Below, in pieces: positions 6,934-14,966 of a stretch of 22,731 nt of DNA; position 1 is the stretch's first letter; each line of letters opens with the position of its first letter. A program made the position numbers and the translations under genes. Location: IMG/VR virus record IMGVR_UViG_3300028590_000010; one strand, written 5' to 3'. The notes under the pieces were generated by a model that worked only from the letters and a program-made list of their open reading frames with translations, did no database searches and was not told where the DNA came from. This stretch comes from an uncultured virus (IMG/VR IMGVR_UViG_3300028590_000010) (lineage: Duplodnaviria > Heunggongvirae > Uroviricota > Caudoviricetes).

Positions 6934-7227
6934 TCAGTCGTCGTCGTCGCAGTCGTCGTCGGACAGCCCCGCACCGGCGGCCACACCCACTCCGACGCCA
7001 ACGCTGGAGCTTCCCGACGTACCGCCCTTCTTCGGCTTGCCGTTGTTGGAGCCACCCCGAGACCTGCCGCCGGACGAGCCTCCCGACTTCCCGTCGACCG
7101 CAGCCACCAGCTCGATGCCGGTACCGACCGCCTCGTCCTCGTAGCAGTTGTCGTCGTCCTCACCGCAGCCGACCAGCACCACGGACATCAGCGCCACCGT
7201 CAGCACGGCGGCGACCGTCTTCTTCAC
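6934..7227 (-). CDS. Lipoprotein with Gly/Ser-rich low-complexity body
   Basis: MKK, hydrophobic core, lipobox LVGC; acidic ends. Confidence 0.85.
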   Translation of the reverse strand: MKKTVAAVLTVALMSVVLVGCGEDDDNCYEDEAVGTGIELVAAVDGKSGGSSGGRSRGGSNNGKPKKGGTSGSSSVGVGVGVAAGAGLSDDDCDDDD

Positions 7228-7580
7228 CTCGTTGTCCCCTTCACCTTCAGAATCTGGTCGGCCAGCTCAAGGGCCGCCAGAATGGAACACTCCGCCTTGT
7301 CGCAGACGGAGTGGTCGACGTCGTCGTAGGCGCTCAGCGCCGCGACGTCAAGCAGGTCCGCCACCATGCGGACGAACGCCGGTGAACACATGTCCACCAG
7401 AGCGGCCTGCGGCCAGGTGGCGGTGAGCACGTCGTGCGACGGCCCGAGGAAGGTGATGCTGTTGGTCAGCACCGCCACGTCCACGAACCACCGCCCCTCC
7501 TTGTACTCCGCATCACGAGCGAGCTGCCGGAGATAGGCGGCGGCCTTGGTCATCCGCTCACGCGGACTGTCCGCCATCAC
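7224..7580 (-). CDS. Hypothetical phage protein (118 aa)
   Basis: RBS GAAGGAGA, GTGA overlaps. Confidence 0.8.
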   Translation of the reverse strand: MMADSPRERMTKAAAYLRQLARDAEYKEGRWFVDVAVLTNSITFLGPSHDVLTATWPQAALVDMCSPAFVRMVADLLDVAALSAYDDVDHSVCDKAECSILAALELADQILKVKGTTR

Positions 7581-7825
7581 GTCTCCTTCGCCCAGTCACC
7601 AGCCGGGCCACCCGGCCGCTGCTCACTGAGTACGGCGTACGCATAATCGATCACCGCACCGTAGAGCGGCGTCCGGTACAGGCGGATGAAGTCCACCTCC
7701 CGCGCTCCGGCCGCCAGCATGATCCGCTGAACGCAGGTGACCGGGTCGTCGGGCCCGTCCTGGGCGATGGTGCCGAGGAACTGGGCAGCTCGGCGCACCA
7801 TCATGAAGTCCTCGCGTTCGTTCAC
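7577..7825 (-). CDS. Hypothetical protein (82 aa)
   Basis: GTG 7825 overlaps the upstream stop; MNEREDFMMVRRAAQF. Confidence 0.7.
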   Translation of the reverse strand: MNEREDFMMVRRAAQFLGTIAQDGPDDPVTCVQRIMLAAGAREVDFIRLYRTPLYGAVIDYAYAVLSEQRPGGPAGDWAKET

Positions 7826-8076
7826 GAGGACACCTGCGTCACGCGCTCGTACGCCAGGTTCAGAACCGACTCGGACGTACCGCGCAGAACCAGGCTCCGC
7901 GCCACGCGGGAACCGATGTCCTGCGGGTCGTCCTGCACCTCGGACAGCGCGTCGTCCAGCTCCTTGAGGTAGCCCGTCATCGACTCCACCGCCCGGACCA
8001 GGATGCCGTCGATCTCCGGGGTCCTCTGCGCCGCACCCACGAGTGCGTCGATCACCGTGGTCTCCTCGTCGCTCAT
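7822..8076 (-). CDS. Hypothetical helical protein (84 aa)
   Basis: ATGA overlap at 8073-8076; MSDEETTVIDALVG. Confidence 0.75.
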   Translation of the reverse strand: MSDEETTVIDALVGAAQRTPEIDGILVRAVESMTGYLKELDDALSEVQDDPQDIGSRVARSLVLRGTSESVLNLAYERVTQVSS

Positions 8077-8357
8077 GCCCCCGCCTCGCGGTCCTGGCAT
8101 CCGCCGTCGTAGGCGCGCTTGCACTCCTGACACAGCACGTGCCGGTCTTCCGGGTGCAGCAGCAGCAGTCCAGCCTTGCGCAGGCGGGCGAGGAGACGCC
8201 ACTGCGCGTCCGTCTCACAAGCCATGACTGCGGTGATCACGTCGCTCTCGTATGTGGCGTCGGAGTTGATCAGCTCCTCGGCCCGCCCGGGGTAGTTGGT
8301 GTACGTGCCGTACTGTGCCAGACCCGGCGGCACGGTCCACTTCTCTCGGTCGGTCAC
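8073..8357 (-). CDS. Hypothetical protein with C-terminal CxxC..C (94 aa)
   Basis: GTGA overlap; MTDREKWTVPPG...LCQECKRAYDGGC. Confidence 0.75.
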   Translation of the reverse strand: MTDREKWTVPPGLAQYGTYTNYPGRAEELINSDATYESDVITAVMACETDAQWRLLARLRKAGLLLLHPEDRHVLCQECKRAYDGGCQDREAGA

Positions 8358-8662
8358 GACTCCGCCCCCTCCCGGTACAGCCGCCGGTACACGTCCGACT
8401 GCTGGCACATGTAGTTGTGGAACCGGGTCCAGATGGCCCGGGTCCGGTGGTTCTCGGTGTACTCGACGATCAGAGCGCGGATGGTCTTGATGTGCTCCTC
8501 GTCCACCTCGATCACCCAGCGGTTCAGCCTGTTCCAGCACGTCTCGTGCAGCGCCCGGGAGAGGTTCCGCTTGGCCTCCGTGTCCGCGTTGCCGGTCATG
8601 CGCAGCAGGCACTGAAGCAGAGCGTTCGTCAGCTCCACCGTCTCGGTCTCGGTCTTCGTCAT
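8354..8662 (-). CDS. Hypothetical protein (102 aa)
   Basis: ATG 8662 after AAGGAGAAGGGG; MTKTETETVELTNALL. Confidence 0.8.
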   Translation of the reverse strand: MTKTETETVELTNALLQCLLRMTGNADTEAKRNLSRALHETCWNRLNRWVIEVDEEHIKTIRALIVEYTENHRTRAIWTRFHNYMCQQSDVYRRLYREGAES

Positions 8663-8697
8663 GTCCCCTTCTCCTTCCCTGTGTTGACCCTGTCCGG

Positions 8698-9174
8698 TCA
8701 CACGCTCCCCTCCTGCTCCCTCAGCTTCTTCCTGCTGGTCCTCGCCAGCCGCCAGCCCTCGACCGGCTGACGCGCCCGACAGAAGGACTCGATGTCGTCG
8801 GCCACCCACAGCCGCGCCGTCGAGGTGACGACGGTCGGCTCGGGGAACGCGGCATGCGTCAGGCTCAGGTCGTACAGTGCCCGGTGCGAGAGGCCCACCA
8901 GAGGAGCCGCCTCCGCCAGGCCGACCAGTCGCAGCGGGTTGCCCTCCTCGTTGAGGAGACGCGTCACCGTGACGGGCTCGTACACCACGTCCATGATCTT
9001 GGCGAGGGTCGCTTCGAGGGAGTCCCACTCCTCGTTGCGGGGCCACGTCCTCACCGCCCTCTTCAGCGCCGGGAGCGGGACCACCTGCGTCAGGTGCTTG
9101 ATCAGCGAGTGCTGCGAGATTTTCACGTACCGATCGAGCAGAAGCCGAAGCTCCTGCTCCTTCCTGTCTGTCAT
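8698..9174 (-). CDS. Protein with AlpA/excisionase-like HTH domain
   Basis: RLVGLAEAAPLVGLSHRALYDL...FPEP...RLWVADDIESF fits the AlpA/Xis-type pattern; RBS GAAGGAGA. Confidence 0.8.
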   Translation of the reverse strand: MTDRKEQELRLLLDRYVKISQHSLIKHLTQVVPLPALKRAVRTWPRNEEWDSLEATLAKIMDVVYEPVTVTRLLNEEGNPLRLVGLAEAAPLVGLSHRALYDLSLTHAAFPEPTVVTSTARLWVADDIESFCRARQPVEGWRLARTSRKKLREQEGSV

Positions 9175-9197
9175 CTGTCTCCTTCAACCTCGCCCCG

Positions 9198-9458
9198 TCA
9201 AGGGCGAGTTCTTTCCGCCACCTTCGCGATGACCTTTGCGGGGTCGACGCCGAGGTAGTCGCACCAGTCCAGGAACTGGCTGATGCGTATGCCCTGCCGG
9301 GCGGATTCCATGTTGAGCACGGTGGACCGGGTGACGCCGATGGCGAGCCCGACGTTGATTGGTCCTCGCCGTCCGTGGATGCGGGCGTTGTACAGCTCCT
9401 GCCCCAACACCCTGTTCACCGTATGGGCGTTCCGAGTAGCCATACCTGTTTGTATCAC
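9198..9458 (-). CDS. XRE-family HTH regulator (paralogue 1)
   Basis: VLGQELYNAR...VGLAIGVTRSTVLNMESARQGIRISQFLDWCDYLGVDP; start GTG 9458 (overlap) or ATG 9443. Confidence 0.8.
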   Translation of the reverse strand: MIQTGMATRNAHTVNRVLGQELYNARIHGRRGPINVGLAIGVTRSTVLNMESARQGIRISQFLDWCDYLGVDPAKVIAKVAERTRP

Positions 9459-9817
9459 GAACTCCTCTTGACGGGAAGTCGGCCCCACCACGACCGGGCC
9501 TCCTCCTGGTAGGCGCGCACCACCTGACGGGGCGCGGGGCTGTACAGGACCCACCGCCCCCTGCCCACCGGCCCCATGGAGAAGCCGTTCGGGAGCATGA
9601 TGCGCGCGTACCAGAACCATCCGCACTGGTTGGCGAACCACGGCTCCGGCGTCAGCATCACGTCGGCACGCAGGCGGTGATCGTGGAAATGGATCTCCAG
9701 TTCGTCGTTGACCACGACGTCGCGGATGCCCAGCCTCCGGATGCGGTGCGCCACTTCGAACACGTCGGCCAGCCGGGTCGATGTCTGCCAGGGGCTGGCG
9801 TCGTTGAACTTCTTCAC
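9455..9817 (-). CDS. Hypothetical Trp-rich protein (120 aa)
   Basis: RBS GGGAGG, GTGA overlaps. Confidence 0.8.
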   Translation of the reverse strand: MKKFNDASPWQTSTRLADVFEVAHRIRRLGIRDVVVNDELEIHFHDHRLRADVMLTPEPWFANQCGWFWYARIMLPNGFSMGPVGRGRWVLYSPAPRQVVRAYQEEARSWWGRLPVKRSS

Positions 9818-10014
9818 CGGTCCTCCCTGTCGTCCTCGAAGCGGACCCGGAACTTCTTCGCCACGACCTCGCAGCCCACGACGTAGACGACGGCGACGCC
9901 GAGGCCCATCACGAACGCGGTCACGCGGTCGAGGCCCATGTACCAGGGCACGAAGAACGCTGCCACGGCCAGCACTGCCAGACCCACCCAGAAGCCGGTG
10001 GTCTCGCTGCTCAT
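9814..10014 (-). CDS. Two-TM membrane protein (66 aa)
   Basis: ATGA overlap; MSSETTGFWVGLAVLAVAAFFVPW. Confidence 0.75.
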   Translation of the reverse strand: MSSETTGFWVGLAVLAVAAFFVPWYMGLDRVTAFVMGLGVAVVYVVGCEVVAKKFRVRFEDDREDR

Positions 10015-10388
10015 CGCCCGCTCCGCTTCGCCGCCGGGGCGAACGCGCGCTCGAAGAACTCGGGCATGTCGCTGTCCCAGTCGAGCCAGGATTCCTCGTT
10101 GGAGTGGGACTCCGGGTCGTCGTCCTTGCGTCCGTGGTTCTTGGTGCAGAACACCCAGCCGCGCCGCTCGTGGTAGTACCGGTGCCCGCACTCCGAGTTG
10201 ACGTCGGTGCCCGGCGGCGGGGAGATCAGCAGCATGGGGCCGATCACCGCGTCCACGATGGCCATGGCCCGCGCCTCGTCCACGCCGTCGACCATCTGAA
10301 AGACGTTCTCCATCGCCTTGCCGAACGTCGCTTCGTCGATCCGGCGGAACTCACCCCGCAGGTACGGGACGTCTTCGAGCTTCCTCAT
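10011..10388 (-). CDS. Hypothetical protein with Cys/His cluster (125 aa)
   Basis: ATG 10388 after AAGGAGAG; CGH...C...HG...H in the C-terminal half. Confidence 0.8.
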   Translation of the reverse strand: MRKLEDVPYLRGEFRRIDEATFGKAMENVFQMVDGVDEARAMAIVDAVIGPMLLISPPPGTDVNSECGHRYYHERRGWVFCTKNHGRKDDDPESHSNEESWLDWDSDMPEFFERAFAPAAKRSGR

Positions 10389-10402
10389 GTCACTCTCCTT
10401 GA

Positions 10403-10442
10403 GATAGGAAGAGGGCACCCCCGTGGGGGCGGGGGTGCCCTC
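10403..10442 (-). terminator. Intrinsic terminator
   Basis: 13-bp perfect stem GAGGGCACCCCCG/CGGGGGTGCCCTC followed by TTCCTATC on the minus strand. Confidence 0.75.
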
Positions 10443-10451
10443 AGATCGTGG

Positions 10452-11105
10452 TCATGCCCCGTCGTTCATGAGGAGGCAGGTGTACAGCGGGTCCCCGCCC
10501 CACGACGACACGGGGTCGAAGACCAGGATTGCGAGCCGTCCGCCGGGCGTGTCTCCGCACTCCGCAGGCGGCACCTCCTCGAAGACGCTCTGCTCCAGGG
10601 AGGGGTGCGTCGAGAACAGGAAGTCGTGGCACATGTACCCGGGAGCGTTCGCCAGCAGAGTGGCCCCCTGCTCCAGGTACGCCAGGCAGTAGTTGGTGCT
10701 CGGATCACCGCCGGTGTCCGGGGTGTTGACGATCACCACCTCCTCCATCGCCGCGTCCGTGTAGTCCGGGACGTACGGCGCTTGCTGCACGGGAGGCTGC
10801 GGCTGCGGGTCAGTCGGAGTCGCCGTCACCGTCTCGGTCATCGTGGCCGTGGGCACCACGGGCGACGGCGCGGCCACGGGCGCTGTCGTCACCGGGAGCG
10901 GAGCATCGGGCGTCGCCGCCTGCGGGCGGTTGCGCTCGCCCATCCCCACCGATATCCCCACGATCGTGCCCACCAGCACCGCCGTCCCCACCACCCCGGC
11001 CACCGTGCGCCAGGGTATGGACCGCCGCTGCGGCACGTCACGGATGACGGGGATCGAGTCCAGCGTGTCCCCGTTGTGGAATCTGATCTTGTCGTCGTCG
11101 TCCAC
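10452..11105 (-). CDS. Membrane-anchored protein: TM, Pro/Thr linker, four-Cys extracellular domain
   Basis: GTG 11105 after AAGGAGA; TM VAGVVGTAVLVGTIVGISVGM; P/T/A-rich stalk. Confidence 0.8.
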   Translation of the reverse strand: MDDDDKIRFHNGDTLDSIPVIRDVPQRRSIPWRTVAGVVGTAVLVGTIVGISVGMGERNRPQAATPDAPLPVTTAPVAAPSPVVPTATMTETVTATPTDPQPQPPVQQAPYVPDYTDAAMEEVVIVNTPDTGGDPSTNYCLAYLEQGATLLANAPGYMCHDFLFSTHPSLEQSVFEEVPPAECGDTPGGRLAILVFDPVSSWGGDPLYTCLLMNDGA

Positions 11106-11122
11106 TTCCTGTCTCCTTCCAC

Positions 11123-11165
11123 AGAGAGCACGAGGGGCGTCGTACACCGACGCCCCTCACTCTCT
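11123..11165 (-). terminator. Intergenic stem-loop / terminator
   Basis: 11-bp stem GAGGGGCGTCG/CGACGCCCCTC extended by AGAGAG/CTCTCT. Confidence 0.65.
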
Positions 11166-11173
11166 CAGCCTCG

Positions 11174-11704
11174 TCAGTCGTTCGAGGCCAGCCACTCGTC
11201 GCGGCTGACGTCCAGGATCTTGCAGGACCCCTTCGTCACGCCGTCGAACTGGTCCGAGGTGAACAGCCCGGACAGGTTCTGCGTGCTCGACTTGCCCGGC
11301 TCCAGGTCGCTGATCGACGCCAGCAGCTCGCCGACCTTGTTGCCGTCCTGGTCCTGGTACTCGCCGGTCACCAGGTAGTTGGCGCGCTTGTCGCCGTTGT
11401 TGGTGATCTTGACCTTGGCCTTGACGTCCTTGCCCGTGAACTCGTCGTCCACGAGCTTGCAGTCGAGCAGCTTGACGTCCTTCGCCTGGGCGCGCTTGTC
11501 GTCGGCGGCGTCCTCCTTGACCGCCTTGTCGACCTCGTTGACGGCACCGCCGACCACGGCGGTGCACCCGCCGACGACCAGCAGCCCGACCAGGGCGGCC
11601 GGGAGGCAGCCGAACAGGGCGACCTTCTTACCCGTGCTCATGCCACGGCGCTGCGGGCCCGGCTCCGGCTGCGGGGCCTGGTGTCCGGGGTAGGTGAAGC
11701 TCAC
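11174..11704 (-). CDS. Membrane-anchored Ig-like (FxLYD-type) protein
   Basis: GTG 11704 after AAGGAG; Pro-rich N-terminus, TM, then VKITNNGDKRANYLVTGEYQDQDGNKVG...DLEPGKS. Confidence 0.8.
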   Translation of the reverse strand: MSFTYPGHQAPQPEPGPQRRGMSTGKKVALFGCLPAALVGLLVVGGCTAVVGGAVNEVDKAVKEDAADDKRAQAKDVKLLDCKLVDDEFTGKDVKAKVKITNNGDKRANYLVTGEYQDQDGNKVGELLASISDLEPGKSSTQNLSGLFTSDQFDGVTKGSCKILDVSRDEWLASND

Positions 11705-11751
11705 GTCTCTTTCTCCTTCATTGTCTGCTGTCGGTATATCTATCAGGTTCC

Positions 11752-11790
11752 AGGCGGGTGGCGGCAACCTCACTGGTTACCGCCCCGCCT
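11752..11790 (-). terminator. Stem-loop immediately after the stop codon
   Basis: Minus strand AGGCGGGGCGGTAACC-AGTGA-GGTTGCCGCCACCCGCCT with a U-G pair consistent with minus-strand RNA. Confidence 0.55.
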
Positions 11791-11987
11791 CAGCGCAGGT
11801 CGTCCACCGCGTCGCGGATGGTGGCACCCATGTCCTGGAGCACGCCCCGGACTTCGCTGATCTTGTCGTCCTTGTCGCTGATCTCCTTGTGCAGGTCGTC
11901 GATCTTCTCGTTGAGACCGTCGATCTCCTCGTTGAGGCTGGCGATCTCCTCCTCCAGCTCGGCGACCCTGTCCTCGGCGCTGCTCAT
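11790..11987 (-). CDS. Acidic coiled-coil protein (65 aa)
   Basis: Heptads VAELEEEIASLNEEIDGLNEKIDDLHKEI; RBS AGAGGAGA. Confidence 0.85.
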   Translation of the reverse strand: MSSAEDRVAELEEEIASLNEEIDGLNEKIDDLHKEISDKDDKISEVRGVLQDMGATIRDAVDDLR

Positions 11988-11997
11988 CCGTCTCCTC

Positions 11998-12273
11998 TTA
12001 TTTGTGGGGGATGTTCACCCCGAGGTGGCGCAGCTTGCGCGCCACCCGGTGAATCCCCCGGATGTCACTCGGCGTCTTCGGCGAGAACACCGACTCCTTC
12101 TCCCGCCAGTGCTTCGGCGTCATGACCTTGTAGTGGTTGCCCTTGGTCGCCAGCACCTGGAACCCCTGATCATGCGCCAGCCGCAGCAGCTTCCGTATCT
12201 CCGGATGCGCCCCTCGCAGCACGGTCGCGATGTCCTCCCGGGGCAGCGGCGGGGCGGGCTCTCCGCCGTTCAC
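11998..12273 (-). CDS. HicA-like (dsRBD-fold) toxin/RNase, paralogue 1
   Basis: GTGA overlap; EIRKLLRLAHDQGFQV..TKGNHYKV...PKTPSD...LRHLG with the conserved His retained. Confidence 0.75.
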   Translation of the reverse strand: MNGGEPAPPLPREDIATVLRGAHPEIRKLLRLAHDQGFQVLATKGNHYKVMTPKHWREKESVFSPKTPSDIRGIHRVARKLRHLGVNIPHK

Positions 12274-12533
12274 GGGGCGGACCGCCGGACCATCGTGTCG
12301 TACACCCGGTTCAGCGTGTCGCCGGGATTCAGGTTCAGCAGGTGGCACCACCGGCAGAACAACAGGACCGGAATCCTGGTCTCCCCGCGCTCGTAACTGC
12401 TGACCTGCGCCGACTTCAACCCGAGCCGTCGGGCCACAGACACCTGCGTGATCTCACGCGACTGCCGCGTCCCGCGCAAGAACATCCCGAGCGCCGGGTA
12501 CAGGGGGTCGTGCTTCGGCCTGAGCATGCCCAT
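12270..12533 (-). CDS. XRE-family HTH regulator (paralogue 2)
   Basis: LGMFLRGTRQSREITQVSVARRLGLKSAQVSSYERGETRIP...WCHLLNLNP; TGATG overlap. Confidence 0.9.
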   Translation of the reverse strand: MGMLRPKHDPLYPALGMFLRGTRQSREITQVSVARRLGLKSAQVSSYERGETRIPVLLFCRWCHLLNLNPGDTLNRVYDTMVRRSAP

Positions 12534-12709
12534 CACCTCCCCTTCCCGTGCTCCGGGCAGAAGTAGACGGTGCCGACGACCGACCCGCGCTGCTTCCAGC
12601 CGTTCTCCCTGAACAGCGCCTGGAACCGCTGCGTGCGCATCGTCGGTGCCTCGAAGCTCCGACCGCACCCGTAGCGCACACACTTGATGACCATCTTCCC
12701 GTGCTCCAT
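12533..12709 (-). CDS. Small putative zinc-ribbon protein (58 aa), not in ORF track
   Basis: RBS GAAGGAGA; MEHGKMVIKCVRYGCGRSF...ENGWKQ...YFCPEHGKGR (Cx4C..GW..CxxH). Confidence 0.8.
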   Translation of the reverse strand: MEHGKMVIKCVRYGCGRSFEAPTMRTQRFQALFRENGWKQRGSVVGTVYFCPEHGKGR

Positions 12710-12730
12710 CTGTCTCCTTCTCCTGTCATG

Positions 12731-13246
12731 TCACGAACAATTGCACCGGTGGGTCACCGACGGCACCAGGAAGCAGCTCGGGCACGGCTCGGCCACCGGC
12801 TTCACCGTAGTCGGGGTGCGCACCTCGTAGTCGACGGACTTGAACCGCGCACCGCCGGGCACCACGTGAACCCGGTCGACCCCGTCCAGCGCTTCACTGC
12901 CGTCACCGTCGGACCACGGCATGCGAACCACCACCCCCTGCGCACCGCCCTCGACGACGATCCACTCCTCGTCGGGACGGTCGAGCAAGCCGGGCACCGG
13001 GTCACGTGCGTACCGCAGGAACACCCGCATGTAGCCGGTCTCGTCGGCCAGCGGAAACTCCCGCACCGGCCGGTCGGAGAAGCCCTTCGGGGTCGGCGCT
13101 CCGACGTAGAAGGCACGGGAGCGCCCCGTCGCGTTGCGCTCCCTCAACACCCGGCCGGTCAACTCACGGGAAGCGAACTTCTCCATCCCGATCCCGGAGA
13201 CCGGGCGACGCCCGGTCGGAACATACAGCGCGTACACGGGCATCAC
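12731..13246 (-). CDS. Hypothetical protein with C-terminal CPSCF...CNC Zn-finger-like motif
   Basis: RBS-like AAAGGGGA; ends CPSCFLVPSVTHRCNCS. Confidence 0.8.
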   Translation of the reverse strand: MMPVYALYVPTGRRPVSGIGMEKFASRELTGRVLRERNATGRSRAFYVGAPTPKGFSDRPVREFPLADETGYMRVFLRYARDPVPGLLDRPDEEWIVVEGGAQGVVVRMPWSDGDGSEALDGVDRVHVVPGGARFKSVDYEVRTPTTVKPVAEPCPSCFLVPSVTHRCNCS

Positions 13247-13260
13247 CCGGTCCCCTTTCC

Positions 13261-13707
13261 CTACATAACGAACAGCGGTCCGCCATTGCCACCAGGGCGA
13301 TGGACCACACCGTTCTTGACCAGCCGGTCCACCACCTCGGCGTGCGTCCTCTTGTCGCAGTGGTACTTCACTGTGAACACGGTGCGTGCCGGAAGTTGAT
13401 CACCCGCCTTCAGGCGGCCCAACTCGATGTCCTGCAACACGCGGGCATACACCTGTGGTGCACCCATCAGACCGGCGCGGTGGATGTAGCCGTAGTACAG
13501 CCGCTTGACGTGGTCCGCCTGGAACTGCGTCACCTCCGGCACGGACAGACCGAACCGCTTGGTCACATCATCCCGCCACTCGGGGTCCTCGTCCTGGCGC
13601 AACTCCTGCACCAGGACGGAGACGATGTCGTCGAGCGCCTCGTGGTACGCCCTCGACAGGGCGGCCAGCCGGGACATCTCGGTCCGTGTGTAGGTGCGGT
13701 CGCTCAC
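13261..13707 (-). CDS. Protein with C-terminal GntR-like winged HTH
   Basis: QVYARVLQDIELGRLKAGDQLPA...VVDRLVKNGVVHRPGGNGG; RBS GAGAGG. Confidence 0.75.
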   Translation of the reverse strand: MSDRTYTRTEMSRLAALSRAYHEALDDIVSVLVQELRQDEDPEWRDDVTKRFGLSVPEVTQFQADHVKRLYYGYIHRAGLMGAPQVYARVLQDIELGRLKAGDQLPARTVFTVKYHCDKRTHAEVVDRLVKNGVVHRPGGNGGPLFVM

Positions 13708-13710
13708 CGT

Positions 13711-14373
13711 CTACCTCTCGTAGTACTCGTCACGCACCCGGTGCAGCCACGCCTCGACCGCTCCCGCGTCGGGCTGCTCGGGCAGCACCGAGGGGTTGGC
13801 GTCGAACGCGGCCTCGTAATCCCGCAGCAGCTGCGCTGCCACCAGCACGTCGCCGAGCGCCACCTGCGTCCCGAACGACTGGACGTCCATCGGATGGTCG
13901 AGCCGGAGCGTCAGCGAACCCGTCGACCACAGCTCGAAGCCCTGGATCAGCAGCCGGTTCAGGTGCCGGGCATGTTTCGCCACACGCTTCCGCAGCGACA
14001 CATCCTCCAGGTCCCACAGCCGCTTGAGTTGCTGGGTGGCGTAGCCGAGGTAGGCGTTACGCACCCGGGACGCCGACAGGAACGACGACCGGATGTCGAT
14101 CAGCTCCTGCCCCAGCGGGGTGAGCGTCTCGTACTCCTCCAGCCACAGCAGCTCCATCACCGTGGGGTTGCCGTTCAGCGCGAGGCGGCAGAACTTGCCC
14201 GCCTCGTGCATCGTGACGTCGGGGTCCTTCTCGACGACCGACTCCTGCGGCTTGCTCAGCCCGTGGAACTGCCGGGTCGGGGCGGCGAACACCCCGAGCC
14301 GGTCGATGCCCGAGCCCTCGTGCGCCAGCCCGTAGGCCGTCGAGCCCACCACTCCGGACAACAGGATCTTCAC
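13711..14373 (-). CDS. Pol-beta-superfamily nucleotidyltransferase (RlaP/PF10127-like)
   Basis: GSTAYGLA...S-G-I-D-RLGVF, DVTMHEAGKF, GNPTVMELLW, AYLGYA, KHARHLNRLL. The expected SDxD reads SGxD. Confidence 0.88.
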   Translation of the reverse strand: MKILLSGVVGSTAYGLAHEGSGIDRLGVFAAPTRQFHGLSKPQESVVEKDPDVTMHEAGKFCRLALNGNPTVMELLWLEEYETLTPLGQELIDIRSSFLSASRVRNAYLGYATQQLKRLWDLEDVSLRKRVAKHARHLNRLLIQGFELWSTGSLTLRLDHPMDVQSFGTQVALGDVLVAAQLLRDYEAAFDANPSVLPEQPDAGAVEAWLHRVRDEYYER

Positions 14374-14624
14374 TCTGCGCCCTCCTCCTTCATCTCCTCC
14401 ATGACCAGGTGCAGCGCATGCACAGGGTTCACGTCAAGGGCATGACACCACTCGACGAAGACGCCCAGACGCACACGGTTGTTGGCCAGCTCGTAGTGCG
14501 TGACGGTGGTGTCCTGCACCCCCATCCGCTGCGCCACCTGCTTCTGGGACATCCCCTTCTGCCGACGCAGCCCGATCATGGTCTGCCCGAGCACCCCGTA
14601 CATGGGCTCGATGTAGTCCCTCAT
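14370..14624 (-). CDS. XRE-family HTH regulator (paralogue 3)
   Basis: LRRQKGMSQKQVAQRMGVQDTTVTHYELANNRVR...WCHALDVNP. Confidence 0.9.
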   Translation of the reverse strand: MRDYIEPMYGVLGQTMIGLRRQKGMSQKQVAQRMGVQDTTVTHYELANNRVRLGVFVEWCHALDVNPVHALHLVMEEMKEEGAE

Positions 14625-14636
14625 GTCATGTCTCCT

Positions 14637-14966
14637 TCACGTACCCTGCGGGGCGGGCCCCGGGCCGAAGCCCAGGTAGCCCGCCGCCTTCTTCAGCCGA
14701 CGCTTCATCCCGTCGCCGCCGCCGTTGTTCCACCACTCGTACAGGCAGTAGCCGCCCATCGCCGCCATCACCATGGGCATCACAGCGATGCCCATGAGGA
14801 TGTAGCCGAGTCCCTGGACACCATGACCGACCGCAGCAAGCAGCCAGCCCCGAGCCCTGAGTCTTCTGTCCACGTACCCGGCCCACCGCAGAGCGGTGAG
14901 CGTGCCCCCCATGCCGATCGCCAGCACCAGGGTGCCGACGACGAGCTGTGCGTCCACGCCGCTCAT
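14637..14966 (-). CDS. Multi-TM membrane protein (109 aa)
   Basis: ATGA overlap; three hydrophobic segments, then WWNNGGGDGMKRRLKK. Confidence 0.8.
   Translation of the reverse strand: MSGVDAQLVVGTLVLAIGMGGTLTALRWAGYVDRRLRARGWLLAAVGHGVQGLGYILMGIAVMPMVMAAMGGYCLYEWWNNGGGDGMKRRLKKAAGYLGFGPGPAPQGT

Noticed and set aside
13711..14373. MenT/AbiEii toxin or CCA-adding enzyme
   Set aside because: Motifs (GS.AYGL, GNP...ELL, YLGYA) fit the RlaP/PF10127-like family, not DUF1814 or class II CCA enzymes.
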